This document shows, piece after piece, positions 51,000 through 61,252 of a stretch of 64,000 nucleotides of DNA (position 1 is the first letter of the stretch; each line of letters starts with the position of its first letter). A model generated the notes under the pieces. The model saw only the letters and a program-made list of their open reading frames with translations. It had not been told where the DNA came from and did no database searches. Source of the DNA: Steroidobacteraceae bacterium (lineage in GTDB: Bacteria; Pseudomonadota; Gammaproteobacteria; Steroidobacterales; Steroidobacteraceae); the NCBI GenBank assembly GCA_050739115.1, contig JBOIAQ010000018.1:680-64679 (forward strand). Direction: 5' to 3'. The position numbers and the translations under genes were made by a program.

Positions 51000-51109
51000 G
51001 AAATCGGTGCCCCGCTTCAGCCGCAGCCAGTCTAACCTGCGCTCGAAAGCGGGGCGAGGCCGCCGGGTCCCCTGGATCGGACGGGCGCGAGCCTCGATAA
51101 TGCCGATCC

Positions 51110-52756
51110 ATGGCCATATCCCCGCTCGCCGGCAAGCTGGCGCCGAAGTCGTTGCTGATCGATCCGACGCGGCTCGAGGGCGAGTTCTACGCGCGCAGGC
51201 CCGATCCCGCCGATCCCGTGGAGCTGGTGAGTTTCGGCACCAGCGGTCATCGCGGCTCGCCGCTCAAGGGATCGTTCAACGAAGCGCACATCCTCGCCAT
51301 CACCCAGGCGATCTGCGAATACCGCCGCGCCAAGGGGATCACGGGGCCGCTCTACATGGGTCGCGACACGCACGCCGTCTCGGGACCCGCGCAGCGAACG
51401 GCGCTGGAAGTGCTCGCGGCGAATGCGGTCGAGACCGTGATCCAGCCCGCGGACGGCGTGACGCCGACCCCGGCGGTATCGCGAGCGATTCTCGCGCATA
51501 ACCACGGTCGCGCCGAGCGCCTGGCTGACGGCATCGTCGTCACGCCCTCGCATAATCCTCCGGAAGATGGCGGCTTCAAGTACAACCCGCCCAACGGCGG
51601 ACCCGCCGATAGCGATGTCACGGGCTGGATCCAGACGCGGGCGAACGCACTGCTGCGAGACGGCAATACCGGCGTGCGGCGCGTGCCCGCGGAGGCGGCC
51701 GTGCGCGCCGCAACCACCCACGCGGTAGACTTCATCGCCCCTTACGTGGAAGACCTGATCCACGTGATCGACCTGGAAGTGATTCGAGCGGCGCGAGTCT
51801 CCATAGGAGTCGATCCGCTCGGCGGCGCCGCGGTGCACTACTGGGAGCCGATCGAGAGGACGTATGGGCTCGACATCCACATCGTCAACCCGAAGGTCGA
51901 TCCCACCTTCGCCTTCATGATGGTCGATCACGACGGCAAGATTCGCATGGACTGCTCGAGCCCCTATGCCATGGCCGGTCTGTTGCAGCTCAAGGACCGC
52001 TACCGTGTTGCTTTCGCCAACGACACCGATGCCGACCGACATGGGATCGTCACCCCGTCGGCGGGGCTCCTCAACCCCAACCACTACCTCGCAGTGGCGA
52101 TCCGTTACCTCCTCACCCACCGTCCGGGTTGGAGCGCGGCGGCGGCGGTGGGCAAGACTCTGGTCTCGAGCGGGCTCATCGATCGCGTGGTGGCCCGTCT
52201 CGGGCGACCGCTGCGCGAAGTGCCGGTCGGGTTCAAGTGGCTCGCTCCCGGCCTGCTCGAGGGCTCGATCTGCTTCGGCGGTGAGGAGAGCGCGGGCGCG
52301 AGCTTCCTCAGGCGGGACGGCACCGTCTGGACCACGGACAAGGACGGACTCATCATGGGACTTCTTGCCGCGGAGATCACCGCGCGCACCGGCAAGGATC
52401 CGGGCGAGCACTACCGTGAGCTGACGGCCGAGCTTGGTACGTCCTGGTACACGCGGATCGATGCACCGGCAACCGCGGAAGAGAAGACGCGCATCGCGAG
52501 CCTCTCGCCGGAGTCGGTTCGCGCCGCGACGCTCGCGGGCGAGCCGATCACGGGCAAACTGACGCGCGCGCCCGGCAATGGTGCGCCGCTCGGCGGCCTG
52601 AAGATCGTCGCCGCGAACGGCTGGTTCGCCGCCCGCCCGTCCGGAACCGAAAGTCTCTACAAGATTTATGCCGAGAGCTTCCGCAGCGAGCGTCATCTCG
52701 CGACCCTCGTCGAGGAGGCGCAGCGGATCGTCGGCGATGCGCTGAAATCCGTGTGA
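51110..52756 (+). CDS. pgm: Phosphoglucomutase (alpha-D-glucose phosphate-specific)
   Basis: [11 protein letters not shown] phosphoserine loop, [10 protein letters not shown] metal site, [10 protein letters not shown] sugar loop. Confidence 0.95.
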   Translation: MAISPLAGKLAPKSLLIDPTRLEGEFYARRPDPADPVELVSFGTSGHRGSPLKGSFNEAHILAITQAICEYRRAKGITGPLYMGRDTHAVSGPAQRTALEVLAANAVETVIQPADGVTPTPAVSRAILAHNHGRAERLADGIVVTPSHNPPEDGGFKYNPPNGGPADSDVTGWIQTRANALLRDGNTGVRRVPAEAAVRAATTHAVDFIAPYVEDLIHVIDLEVIRAARVSIGVDPLGGAAVHYWEPIERTYGLDIHIVNPKVDPTFAFMMVDHDGKIRMDCSSPYAMAGLLQLKDRYRVAFANDTDADRHGIVTPSAGLLNPNHYLAVAIRYLLTHRPGWSAAAAVGKTLVSSGLIDRVVARLGRPLREVPVGFKWLAPGLLEGSICFGGEESAGASFLRRDGTVWTTDKDGLIMGLLAAEITARTGKDPGEHYRELTAELGTSWYTRIDAPATAEEKTRIASLSPESVRAATLAGEPITGKLTRAPGNGAPLGGLKIVAANGWFAARPSGTESLYKIYAESFRSERHLATLVEEAQRIVGDALKSV

Positions 52757-52765
52757 GGAGTTATC

Positions 52766-53860
52766 ATGAATGCGACATCCGAACTCAATCGTGCAGGGCA
52801 GAGCCTTTGGCTCGACAACATCACGCGCGAGCTCCTCTCGAGCGGGACTCTCAAACGCTATATCGATGAGCTCTCGATCACGGGACTGACCTCGAACCCG
52901 ACGATCTTCGATCAGGCGATGAAGCACGGCTCGGCCTACGATGAGGACATCCGCAAACTCGGCTCCGCGGGCCTCGCGGAGGAGAAGCTCTTCTTCGAGC
53001 TCGCGCTCGAGGATCTGGTGCGCGCGGCCGATCTCTTCCGCGCTGTGCACGAGCGCACCGCGGGCGTCGACGGCTGGGTTTCGCTCGAGGTCTCGCCCCG
53101 GCTCGCGTATGACACCAACTCCACGCTCGCCGAGGCGCGGGACCTTCATGGGCGCGCGGACCGTCCCAACCTCTTCATCAAGATACCGGGAACGCGCGAG
53201 GGTTTGCCGGCGATCGAGTCGGCCATCTTCGCGGGCGTTCCGATCAACGTGACGCTGCTTTTCTCGCCCGAACAGTACGTTGCCGCGGCCGACGCGTGGC
53301 TGCGGGGCATCGAGCGCCGCATCGCCGCGGGCCTGAATCCCAACGTCACCTCGGTGGCTTCCATTTTCCTCAGCCGCTCGGATGTCGCAACGGCGGACAA
53401 GGTGCCGCCGGCGCTGCGCAACCGGCTGGGACTTGCGATCGGCCGTCGCGCGTACCGCTCCTATTGCGAGCTGCTCACCTCGCCGCGATGGCTGCGGGCG
53501 CTCAACGCCGGGGCAAGACCGCAGCGGCTGCTCTTCGCGAGCACCGGGACGAAGGACCCGAAGGCTTCGGATGTCCTCTACGTCGAGGGTCTGGTTGCGC
53601 CCTGTACCGTCAACACCATGCCGGAGAACACGCTCAAGGCGTTCGCCGACCACGGCAAGGTGGGCGATGCGGTCCGCGCCGACGGAGGTGACAGCGACGC
53701 GGTGCTCGCGGAATTCACCAAGGCGGGAGTGGACCTCATGGCGCTTGCCGCGAAGCTGCAAAAGGAGGGCGCGGATGCCTTCGTCAGATCCTGGGACAGC
53801 CTGATGGGTGTGATCAGCTCGAAGGCCACGGCGTTGAAGAAGGCGGCGGGCGCGCGCTGA
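52766..53860 (+). CDS. tal: Transaldolase (long form)
   Basis: GQSLWLDNITRELLSSGTLKRYIDELSITGLTSNPTIFDQA...FIKIPGT.EGLPAIE...INVTLLFS. Confidence 0.93.
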   Translation: MNATSELNRAGQSLWLDNITRELLSSGTLKRYIDELSITGLTSNPTIFDQAMKHGSAYDEDIRKLGSAGLAEEKLFFELALEDLVRAADLFRAVHERTAGVDGWVSLEVSPRLAYDTNSTLAEARDLHGRADRPNLFIKIPGTREGLPAIESAIFAGVPINVTLLFSPEQYVAAADAWLRGIERRIAAGLNPNVTSVASIFLSRSDVATADKVPPALRNRLGLAIGRRAYRSYCELLTSPRWLRALNAGARPQRLLFASTGTKDPKASDVLYVEGLVAPCTVNTMPENTLKAFADHGKVGDAVRADGGDSDAVLAEFTKAGVDLMALAAKLQKEGADAFVRSWDSLMGVISSKATALKKAAGAR

Positions 53861-53883
53861 GCGCGCCGGCACCGCGCCCGCGG

Positions 53884-54354
53884 CTATCGCGCGCGGCCCC
53901 CAACACGCTGCCAGATCTGCGAGCGTCCGAGGAGTGAGATCCCGAGAAAGCCGCGCATGACGAGGCGGCGGCCGCCGGCCGTCAGCCGCAGCGTGCAGTC
54001 ATAGACGTGTCCGGTGTTGGGGTCGAGGATATCGCCGCCGACGTACTCGCCGTTCTCAGGTTTCAGGTGACGCATGATCACCAGGCCGATGATCGGCTGA
54101 TCGTGCCGCTTGTCGGTGCAGCGCGTGCAGCGGGCGTTGCGGTCATCGCCGGGAGATCTCGGCTCGATCTCACCGTAGTAGAGACCGCCGGCCTCGAAGA
54201 TGCGAATCAGCCCCTCCGGCTTCCCGGAGCTGTCCAGGGGCTGCCAGAGGCCCGCGGGGGAGGTGACTCCCGCGTCGGTGGCTCCGGCCGCAAGGGGCGC
54301 CGCGAGCGAGAGGAGTAACAACGCGATGAGCGTCGCGAGCATACGCATCGGCAC
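53884..54354 (-). CDS. DUF2147 domain periplasmic protein
   Basis: Signal peptide, GLWQPLDSSGKPEGLIRI..., C..C, GGDILDPNTGHVYDCTLRL...L.MRGFLGISLLGRSQIWQRV. Confidence 0.75.
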   Translation of the reverse strand: MPMRMLATLIALLLLSLAAPLAAGATDAGVTSPAGLWQPLDSSGKPEGLIRIFEAGGLYYGEIEPRSPGDDRNARCTRCTDKRHDQPIIGLVIMRHLKPENGEYVGGDILDPNTGHVYDCTLRLTAGGRRLVMRGFLGISLLGRSQIWQRVGGRAR

Positions 54355-54363
54355 GGACTGCGG

Positions 54364-54990
54364 TCAGCTGTTGGCGAGCAAACGGCGCAGATCCGAGGCG
54401 ACCTGCTGCGCCGTGTTGTCCGTCTGCGCGAGCAGGCGTGCGCGGCCGTCGCCATCGAAGATGAATACCGCACTGCTGTGATCGACCTCGTAGTTGCCGT
54501 ACTTGTCTGGCTTCTCGTCGTGATAGGCAATGCGGTAGCGCTTGCTCAGCGTGGTGAGCTCCGCCTGGTCGCCGCGAAGACCGACGAAATCGGGGCCGAA
54601 GTTGCCGACGTAGCGCTTGAGCACCGTGGTCGTGTCACGCCTGGGATCGACGCTGACGAACAGCACCCGGACCCGGGACGCTTCGGGTCCGAGGCTACGA
54701 AGCGCATTGGCGAGCATGGCGAGTGTCGTCGGACACTCATCGGGGCAATCGGTGTAGCCGAAGTAGAGCAGCACCAGGTGGTGCCGATAATCCTCGGCAG
54801 TGACCGCCTGGTTTTCCCCGTTGGTCAGATGGAAGCCAAGGGGCGCCACGAGACCGGTGACGTTCCTGAGGGCGTAGGGCGGGCCGCTACCCGCGCACGA
54901 GACCAGTCCGCAGGCGAGCGTGAGAGTGCAGAAGGGTGCGAGCAGACGAGCCGTGCGGCGCCGCGCAAGGTCCGAAGCGATCTCCGTCAT
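54364..54990 (-). CDS. SCO1/SenC family copper chaperone
   Basis: Thioredoxin-like fold with FGYTDCPDECPTT (CxxxC) and a downstream DHSS His. Confidence 0.88.
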   Translation of the reverse strand: MTEIASDLARRRTARLLAPFCTLTLACGLVSCAGSGPPYALRNVTGLVAPLGFHLTNGENQAVTAEDYRHHLVLLYFGYTDCPDECPTTLAMLANALRSLGPEASRVRVLFVSVDPRRDTTTVLKRYVGNFGPDFVGLRGDQAELTTLSKRYRIAYHDEKPDKYGNYEVDHSSAVFIFDGDGRARLLAQTDNTAQQVASDLRRLLANS

Positions 54991-55871
54991 GCTGGAGCTC
55001 CCGATCCTTCCGCCGCCAAGCGTCCGCGCATCCGCCGAGCCGTCGGCTCGGGATCATGCAGGATGTGATGCAGCACGACCAACACCCCGACGAGCGACAT
55101 CATGGCGGCGGGAATCCATGTCAGGAGACCGCCGATCTGCTGATCCTCGATCGGGCTGATGGCCCAGGCGCGGCCGCAGACGGCGTAGATATCGTACAAG
55201 GGCGTCGTATGGAGGGCGATGTAGGCGCCGAGCGCGATCTGGGGCACGGCGACAATGGTGAGGATGATGATACGCGTGCCATAGCCAAGCGCGGCGCTGC
55301 CTTGCGTCTGGCGTGGTGCCAGCATCAGCCACCAGAAAAGCAGACCATCGGCGAGCATGCTCCAGTTCATGAGCAGATAGCGCCTGCCATCGATCATCGC
55401 GGTGAAATGAATCGACGGTGTCAGCCAGAGGAATATCAGTCCCACGAACAGCGTCGGCGCGATGAGCGGATGCTGAAGGACCCGGAAGAGGAGCTGTACC
55501 GGCCGCCGCATCCACGCGCCGATCCGCAATCGCCCGGCCAGGCCGGCGGGAATGCCGGCGCGCAGCACAGGTCCGGGGGCCGTGAGGACGATGAGCACTG
55601 GACCGATGTGGTGCAGGATCAGGTGCTGCAATCGATGGATCCAGAACATGTGCTGCGCCAGGAAATCGACATAAGTCTGCAGCACCGCATAATTGAGGGC
55701 GACGCCGAGAAAGAACGTGAACGCCTGCCAGAAGCCAACCCGATGCGCGCCGCGCCGCAGCGCGCGGAGCCCGCGCACGTAGAGGGCAACGACGATCGCG
55801 CATGTGAGAAAGACGGTCGGGGAGAACTGCCAGGGAAGGAGATACCCCAGATCCGATGGGAACGATGGCAT
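54987..55871 (-). CDS. Cytochrome c oxidase assembly protein (CtaG/COG3336-type membrane protein)
   Basis: Polytopic membrane protein: W.FSPTVFL...ALYVRGLRALRR...HM..H..QHL.L...GP.L.... 4-nt overlap with the SCO gene. Confidence 0.7.
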   Translation of the reverse strand: MPSFPSDLGYLLPWQFSPTVFLTCAIVVALYVRGLRALRRGAHRVGFWQAFTFFLGVALNYAVLQTYVDFLAQHMFWIHRLQHLILHHIGPVLIVLTAPGPVLRAGIPAGLAGRLRIGAWMRRPVQLLFRVLQHPLIAPTLFVGLIFLWLTPSIHFTAMIDGRRYLLMNWSMLADGLLFWWLMLAPRQTQGSAALGYGTRIIILTIVAVPQIALGAYIALHTTPLYDIYAVCGRAWAISPIEDQQIGGLLTWIPAAMMSLVGVLVVLHHILHDPEPTARRMRGRLAAEGSGAPA

Positions 55872-55878
55872 CGCGACA

Positions 55879-56169
55879 TCATACCACGCGACCTCCGGAC
55901 CTTAGTCCGGTTGTCCGCGTCGCGGCCACGGCGATCTCGCTCGAGTCGAGGTCATCGCGATGCACGAGCGCCTCGCAGAGATTCTCGTAAAGCTCCTCGG
56001 CCGAGCGGTGAATGCTGCGCGGGGCGATCGGATGGCGGCTCGGACCCGCCCCTGCGGTGAGCGGGTCGTCGTGTCCCGAAGCACCGTAGCCGTAGTCGCC
56101 CGTCGTGCCGTAGCCACCGTAGCTGCGACCGCCGAAGCGCCCTCTCGCTCCCGAATATCCGCGAGCCAT
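55879..56169 (-). CDS. Gly/Tyr-rich protein with apparently truncated BON-like C-terminus, hypothetical
   Basis: MARGYSGARGRFGGRSYGGYGTTGDYGYG... then RSAEELYENLCEALVHRDDLDSSEIAVAA, which resembles the first half of a BON domain. The ORF stops 8 nt before the ctaG-like start. Confidence 0.35.
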   Translation of the reverse strand: MARGYSGARGRFGGRSYGGYGTTGDYGYGASGHDDPLTAGAGPSRHPIAPRSIHRSAEELYENLCEALVHRDDLDSSEIAVAATRTTGLRSGGRVV

Positions 56170-56225
56170 ACAGGGGCGATAGCAAGACGTGCGCCGCTCA
56201 GGCACTGCGGTTGCTGAATCCCGGT

Positions 56226-56651
56226 ATGACCTCACAAACACACGATTACGCTCGAGCCGAGCAGGCGGCGAGGCGCGAGTACCCGCATTTCGAGCGCAAG
56301 CTGCAGGACAGATGGCGCGAGCTGCGGGACGAGACCCGCAGCGTGCTCGCGCGCTCGCAGCACGAGGGCTACGCGGACATCGCGGGCCGCGTCGGCGATC
56401 TCGAGGACCAGTCCCTCGCCGACCTGCTCGTCGATGTCAATCTCGCCGAGGTGTCGCGCGACGTCGAGGAGATCCGCGCGATCGAACGCGCGCTCAGGCG
56501 GATCGCCCTCCGTACCTACGGCATCTGCGTGAGCTGCGCTCAGCCGATCGAGCGCGAGCGCCTGGAAGCGTATCCGACAGCGAACCGGTGCGCGTTGTGT
56601 CAACGCGCCTACGAGCACGAGCACGCGACGCCGCCAACGCCGCGCCTGTAG
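56226..56651 (+). CDS. DksA/TraR family C4-type zinc-finger protein
   Basis: C-terminal CVSCAQPIERERLEAYPTANRCALC preceded by a coiled-coil region with acidic residues. Confidence 0.85.
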   Translation: MTSQTHDYARAEQAARREYPHFERKLQDRWRELRDETRSVLARSQHEGYADIAGRVGDLEDQSLADLLVDVNLAEVSRDVEEIRAIERALRRIALRTYGICVSCAQPIERERLEAYPTANRCALCQRAYEHEHATPPTPRL

Positions 56652-56661
56652 CGTAGCGTAA

Positions 56662-58095
56662 CTACGCTTGATGGATCGCCTTGGTGACGAGGCAATCCTC
56701 CAGACCCTCGGGTCCGTCTTCCGATCCATGGCCACTTTCCTTCACGCCACCGAACGGCGCATCCGCGAATGCCATGGCGACTGCGTTGATGCCGACCATT
56801 CCGGCTTCCAACGCATCGCCGATCAGCATGGCGCGCTTGCCCGACTCGGTGAAGGCGTATGCGGCGAGACCGTAAGGCAGACGGTTGGCGTGCTCTACGG
56901 CCTCATCGAGCGTGGCGAAAGGCGCCATCACCGCCACCGGACCGAACGGCTCCTCGTTCATGATGCGCGATTGCAACGGCACATCGGAGAGCACGGTCGG
57001 CTGATAGAAAAATCCCTCTTTCCCGTGGCGTTCACCGCCGGCGCGCAGCTTCGCGCCGCGGCTCACCGCATCGCCTATGAACGCCTCCATCGCCTGCGGC
57101 CGGCGCGGATTGGCCATGGGCCCCATGTGATGGCGCTCGATGAGGCCATCGCCCACCTCCACCTTGCGCGTGCGTTGGGTGAAGGCGGTGACGAAGCGGT
57201 CATAGATGCCTTGTTGCACGTAAAAGCGTGTCGGCGAAACACATACCTGGCCGGCGTTGCGGAATTTCGCGGTGGCGAGCAGCTCCACAGTGCGCTCGAG
57301 ATCGGCATCGTCGAAGACGATGACGGGGGCGTGACCGCCGAGCTCCATCGTCGTGCGCTTGACGGTGGCGGCGGCAAGCGCGAGCAGATGCTTGCCGACC
57401 GCGGTCGAGCCGGTGAACGAGAGCTTGCGGATGATGGGAGAGGCGAGCAGGTGGCGCGACACTTCATCGGGGACTCCGAAGATGAGCTGTGCAACGCCTG
57501 CGGGCAGGCCGGCATCGACCAGAGTGCGTATCACTTCGATCGCGGAGGCCGGTGCCTCCTCGGCGGGCTTGAGAATCACCGAGCAGCCGGCGCCGATGGG
57601 CGCGGCGAGCTTACGACCGGGATTGATGATTGGGAAGTTCCACGGCGCGAAGGCGGCGACGGGGCCGACCGGCTCCTTGACGACCAGGGAACGGGTTCCG
57701 GTCGGGCGTACCAGCACCCGGCCATAGGCTCTGCGGCACTCCTCGCCGTAGAACTCGAACAGGTTGGCGACGGCGTTCGCCTCGGCCCGCGTCTCGCGCA
57801 GCGGCTTGCCTTCCTCTATCGTGGCCACGCGGGCGATGTGCTCCACGCGCTCGCGCATCAGTTGCGCGGCGCCTTTGAGCACCCGGGCACGCTCCTCGGG
57901 GGTGGATCGTTTCCATTCGCGGAAGGCGCGTTCGCTGGCCTGCAGGGCGCGATCGAGGTCGGCGCCATCGACCAGAGGCAGCTCGCCGAGGGAATCGCCG
58001 GTTGCGGGATTGACGACGCGCTGCGCTCGGCGCTTTCCCGTGCCGATCCATTCGCCGTCAATGTACAGCTTCAGCTCAGTGTATCCGCCCATCAT
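56662..58095 (-). CDS. NAD(P)-dependent aldehyde dehydrogenase (succinate-/ketoglutarate-semialdehyde dehydrogenase-like)
   Basis: LYIDGEW...VVNPATG..., catalytic ELGGHAP and GQVCVSPTRFYV, FGG.K.SG.G.E. Confidence 0.9.
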   Translation of the reverse strand: MMGGYTELKLYIDGEWIGTGKRRAQRVVNPATGDSLGELPLVDGADLDRALQASERAFREWKRSTPEERARVLKGAAQLMRERVEHIARVATIEEGKPLRETRAEANAVANLFEFYGEECRRAYGRVLVRPTGTRSLVVKEPVGPVAAFAPWNFPIINPGRKLAAPIGAGCSVILKPAEEAPASAIEVIRTLVDAGLPAGVAQLIFGVPDEVSRHLLASPIIRKLSFTGSTAVGKHLLALAAATVKRTTMELGGHAPVIVFDDADLERTVELLATAKFRNAGQVCVSPTRFYVQQGIYDRFVTAFTQRTRKVEVGDGLIERHHMGPMANPRRPQAMEAFIGDAVSRGAKLRAGGERHGKEGFFYQPTVLSDVPLQSRIMNEEPFGPVAVMAPFATLDEAVEHANRLPYGLAAYAFTESGKRAMLIGDALEAGMVGINAVAMAFADAPFGGVKESGHGSEDGPEGLEDCLVTKAIHQA

Positions 58096-58187
58096 GCCTC
58101 GGGCCGCTCAGGCGGCGTGTGTAGTCGCGGTAGGGCATCAATTCTAGCGTGCCGTGCCCGCGCTCGCAGGCAGGGAATTCTTGGATC

Positions 58188-60200
58188 ATGAGCCCGATCC
58201 GCATTGCCCCGCGATGCCGGCCGTTGGCGGGGCCGCTTGTTGGGGTTGTGCTTGCGCTCGCCGTTCCGTCGACGCTCGCTGCGACCGCGCAGCAGACGCC
58301 GACCGCCGCGCAACCCGTCACGAACCCGCCCCCGCTATTGCCGCTCACCGCGGACGAAGTGCTGACACAGGTGCGCCGCAGCGTCACTTGGTATCACGCC
58401 CTCGCCGCCGTGGAGCAGATCAGCCTTCAGGGCGTGGGCCCGCTGGCTCGCGGCGAGTTGCAGCAGCAGGCTCTTACAACGGTCAGCAAGGCCTTCGAGT
58501 TCGGCAAAGCGGCGGAGGACATCCTGGGGCGGCAGGCCCAGGCGCAGAGCGCGAGCGTCCCGAGCGGCGGCGGCAAGGCCGCGGCGCAGTCCACCGCCCC
58601 GACTCTGCCGGCGAGGCTCGCTCAAGAGGCGGCGCATCTGTCGGCGCAAGAGGCGACCCTCAAAGCCGAGATCGCCGCCATCGAGGCGCGGCTGAGCCGC
58701 ACGAGGGGCGCGAATGCACGTGCGGCGATTGCCGCCCAGCGCGCAGGTCTCGTCGCCGCGCTACAGCTCGTGCGGCAGATCGGGTCCAACGTCGATCAGC
58801 TCCGCCGCTTCCAGGAGAGCGCCATCGCGCGGCAGGGGAAGTCCCCCAAAGGTCTGCGAGCTCAGCTCAAGGCGCTCGAAAGCTCGATTCCGGAGCTCTC
58901 GACGGGTGAGGGCGGGTCGGCCGCGGCAGTTCCGGCAACGGGCGGGCATGCGGCACCGACCTCGGTGTCGAAATCCACCCCGACCAACTTCCAACCTCAG
59001 TCAGCCGGCATCGTGCCTCTCATCGGGCAATGGTACGCGCTGCATGACAATCGGGTGCAGGTTCAGGGCGCCATCAACGACACGACCACCCTCGAGGGCC
59101 AGGTGACGGCCACCCGCTCGCGGCTTCTCGCCACCGTACGCCGGCTCGTCGGCAGTGGAATGGCATCGATCGCCACCGGCAGCACGACGCAATTGGCGAC
59201 GCAGCGGCCGACGATCGAGGCGGCTACGGGTGAGCTGCGGGAGCTCTCGAGCGCCATCATTCCGCTTGCCGAGCAGGCGCTGATGCTGAGTAAAGCGCAA
59301 ACGACCCTCGAGGACTGGAGGAACACACTGGCCGCGCAGGAGTCGAGCGCGGCGCGTTATCTCGGCATACGTATCGGCATCCTGCTGGCGTGGGTCGCCG
59401 CCGTCCTCATCATCGCGGAGATCTGGCGGCGAGTCACGTTCCGCTATCTCGCGGACGCGAGGCGCCGGCGACCGTTCCTCATGCTGAGACGCATCGTCCT
59501 CGGCATGGCTCTCATCCTCGTGATCATATTCAACCTCGTCTCGCAGGTCGGCTCCATCGCCACCTACGCCGGGCTGTTGACCGCGGGTCTCGCGGTGGCG
59601 CTACAGAACGTCATCCTGGCGGTGGTGGCTTACTTCTTCCTCATCGGGCGGTATGGGGTGCGCGTGGGGGATCGCGTGACCATCTCCGGGGTGACGGGAC
59701 GTGTGGTCGATATCTCGCTCCTCAGGGTCTACCTGATGGAGCTCGTCGGCCCGGATCTGCATTCGACCGGCCGCATGGTGGTGCTGTCGAACGCGGTGCT
59801 CTTTCAGCCGACGGCGCTCTTCAAACAGATTCCGGGCGCGGAGTACCTCTGGCACAGCGTGACGCTCACCATCGTCGCCACGGCGGACTTCGAGAAGGCC
59901 TACGGCAGTCTCCAAGCCGCGGCCGACAGGGTGTATGAGACCTACCGCTCGGCCATCCAACGCCAGCACGTCATCGCGCAGCGTTTCATCGAGTTCGAGA
60001 CCGTGGCGCCGGCGCCGGAGGTTCGGCTGCGGCTGACGGACAACGGCCTCGAATGCGCGGTGCGCTATCCGGTCGTGACGGAGAAGGCTGCGCGCATCGA
60101 TCAACAGATGCTCGATGCGCTGCGCAAGGCCCTCGAGGGTGACGAGCAGTTGAAGCTCGTCGCCTCAGGCGGCATGGCGCTCAAATCTTCGGAGAGCTGA
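58188..60200 (+). CDS. Large mechanosensitive channel family protein (MscS domain with long periplasmic coiled-coil N-terminus)
   Basis: Signal peptide, ~330-aa Ala/Gln-rich helical region, several TM helices, then GLAVALQNVILAVVAYFFLIGRYGVRVGDRVTISGVTGRVVDISLLRVYL. Confidence 0.85.
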   Translation: MSPIRIAPRCRPLAGPLVGVVLALAVPSTLAATAQQTPTAAQPVTNPPPLLPLTADEVLTQVRRSVTWYHALAAVEQISLQGVGPLARGELQQQALTTVSKAFEFGKAAEDILGRQAQAQSASVPSGGGKAAAQSTAPTLPARLAQEAAHLSAQEATLKAEIAAIEARLSRTRGANARAAIAAQRAGLVAALQLVRQIGSNVDQLRRFQESAIARQGKSPKGLRAQLKALESSIPELSTGEGGSAAAVPATGGHAAPTSVSKSTPTNFQPQSAGIVPLIGQWYALHDNRVQVQGAINDTTTLEGQVTATRSRLLATVRRLVGSGMASIATGSTTQLATQRPTIEAATGELRELSSAIIPLAEQALMLSKAQTTLEDWRNTLAAQESSAARYLGIRIGILLAWVAAVLIIAEIWRRVTFRYLADARRRRPFLMLRRIVLGMALILVIIFNLVSQVGSIATYAGLLTAGLAVALQNVILAVVAYFFLIGRYGVRVGDRVTISGVTGRVVDISLLRVYLMELVGPDLHSTGRMVVLSNAVLFQPTALFKQIPGAEYLWHSVTLTIVATADFEKAYGSLQAAADRVYETYRSAIQRQHVIAQRFIEFETVAPAPEVRLRLTDNGLECAVRYPVVTEKAARIDQQMLDALRKALEGDEQLKLVASGGMALKSSES

Positions 60201-60208
60201 CGCTCGAG

Positions 60209-60778
60209 CTACCTCAGTACGGCCAGCCGCGCGAGATTCGACTGCACGATCGCATCGTGACAGGCGCTCTGGGCATACCAGCGGCGCGCTGCGTGCACGA
60301 GAGTCGTGCAAATCTGCACCGCGTCGGCAGCTTTCGGACCGAGAAGCGCCAGCGGACCCGCCTTGAAGCCACGGTGCCGCGTACGCTGCAGCCGATGCAG
60401 CCGCAGTCGCCGCAGTGTCAAAGCGGGGACCGACTGGTTGGCGAGATTCGCGCGTTCAGCGCGCTCACAGACGAGCTGAATGATCCTGCCCGCGTCGGCT
60501 TCGGCCGCCGCCGGGCACTCTTCCCCCTGTGGCAACCACTGCGCGCACCACGCCTGCACGCGATCGGCCGAGCCCTGCATGTGCGCATCGCTTAATGCCG
60601 CGGCGATCTGCGGCAGATCGAATGCTTCGCGCAGAGCCTGCTCCCAGCGCCGCTCCTCGAGGAGCAGCTCGATATCCGAAAGATAGCTCGCGAGCATGCG
60701 CGAGCTCGAAGGGCAGGTCAGGTGTGCGGAGTCTCTTCCCGGCGGCGGTGTGGTCGGGTACGCGTATTGTTCTTGCAT
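60209..60778 (-). CDS. Hypothetical alpha-helical protein
   Basis: ORF with a coding-like periodic composition. An internal start is possible at 60697 (MLASYLSDIELLLEERRWEQALREAFDLPQIAAALSD...). No motif recognised. Confidence 0.45.
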   Translation of the reverse strand: MQEQYAYPTTPPPGRDSAHLTCPSSSRMLASYLSDIELLLEERRWEQALREAFDLPQIAAALSDAHMQGSADRVQAWCAQWLPQGEECPAAAEADAGRIIQLVCERAERANLANQSVPALTLRRLRLHRLQRTRHRGFKAGPLALLGPKAADAVQICTTLVHAARRWYAQSACHDAIVQSNLARLAVLR

Positions 60779-60781
60779 GCA

Positions 60782-61207
60782 TCAGCTCTGCGGTGAAGGG
60801 GTTGTGGGAGCGCCGCGTCGCCAGGTGGCGCTCTTGCGCGGCGAGGCCCGTGCTGCGGACGGGCGAGTACGCCTAGTGCCGGTGGAAGCGGCGGGAGCGG
60901 AATCCTCGCGATGCGCTTTGCGGGCTCTCTTCCACACTTTTCGAGCTACGGCGGCCTGTTTCCGCGCCCGCTTGGCCTCGCGCTTGGCTCCCTTCATCCG
61001 CTTGCGGGCCCGCTTGAGCTCCTCTTTGGCGATCCGGACGCGCTGCCTCGCGACCTCCGCCTGCAGCCTCGCGCGCTCGAGAGGCTCTTCCGGCTCACCC
61101 GCCGCGGCTGCGCCGGAACTCGATTTAGGCGCAGCGCCATCCGCACCGTCTGCCGTCTCGGACGGTGGCGTGCCGGCGGATCGTTTTTCGCGGGCAGTCT
61201 TCCCCAT
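60782..61207 (-). CDS. Hypothetical basic coiled-coil protein (Lys/Arg/Ala-rich)
   Basis: MGKTAREKRS...LERARLQAEVARQRVRIAKEELKRARKRMKGAKREAKRARKQAAVARKVWKRARKAHRE.... The stop lies 3 nt before the 60778 start codon. An upstream ATG at 61243 is also possible. Confidence 0.4.
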   Translation of the reverse strand: MGKTAREKRSAGTPPSETADGADGAAPKSSSGAAAAGEPEEPLERARLQAEVARQRVRIAKEELKRARKRMKGAKREAKRARKQAAVARKVWKRARKAHREDSAPAASTGTRRTRPSAARASPRKSATWRRGAPTTPSPQS

Positions 61208-61252
61208 AGGCAAATGCGAGTGGCGAGAGAAGACCAGTTTCACACAATGGCT

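Noticed and set aside
51032-53872. 946-aa ORF on the minus strand
   Set aside because: It lies exactly antisense to pgm and tal, which have unmistakable motifs. Its translation is Arg/Gly/Ala-rich with no recognisable domain. This is the typical stop-codon-poor antisense frame of high-GC DNA.
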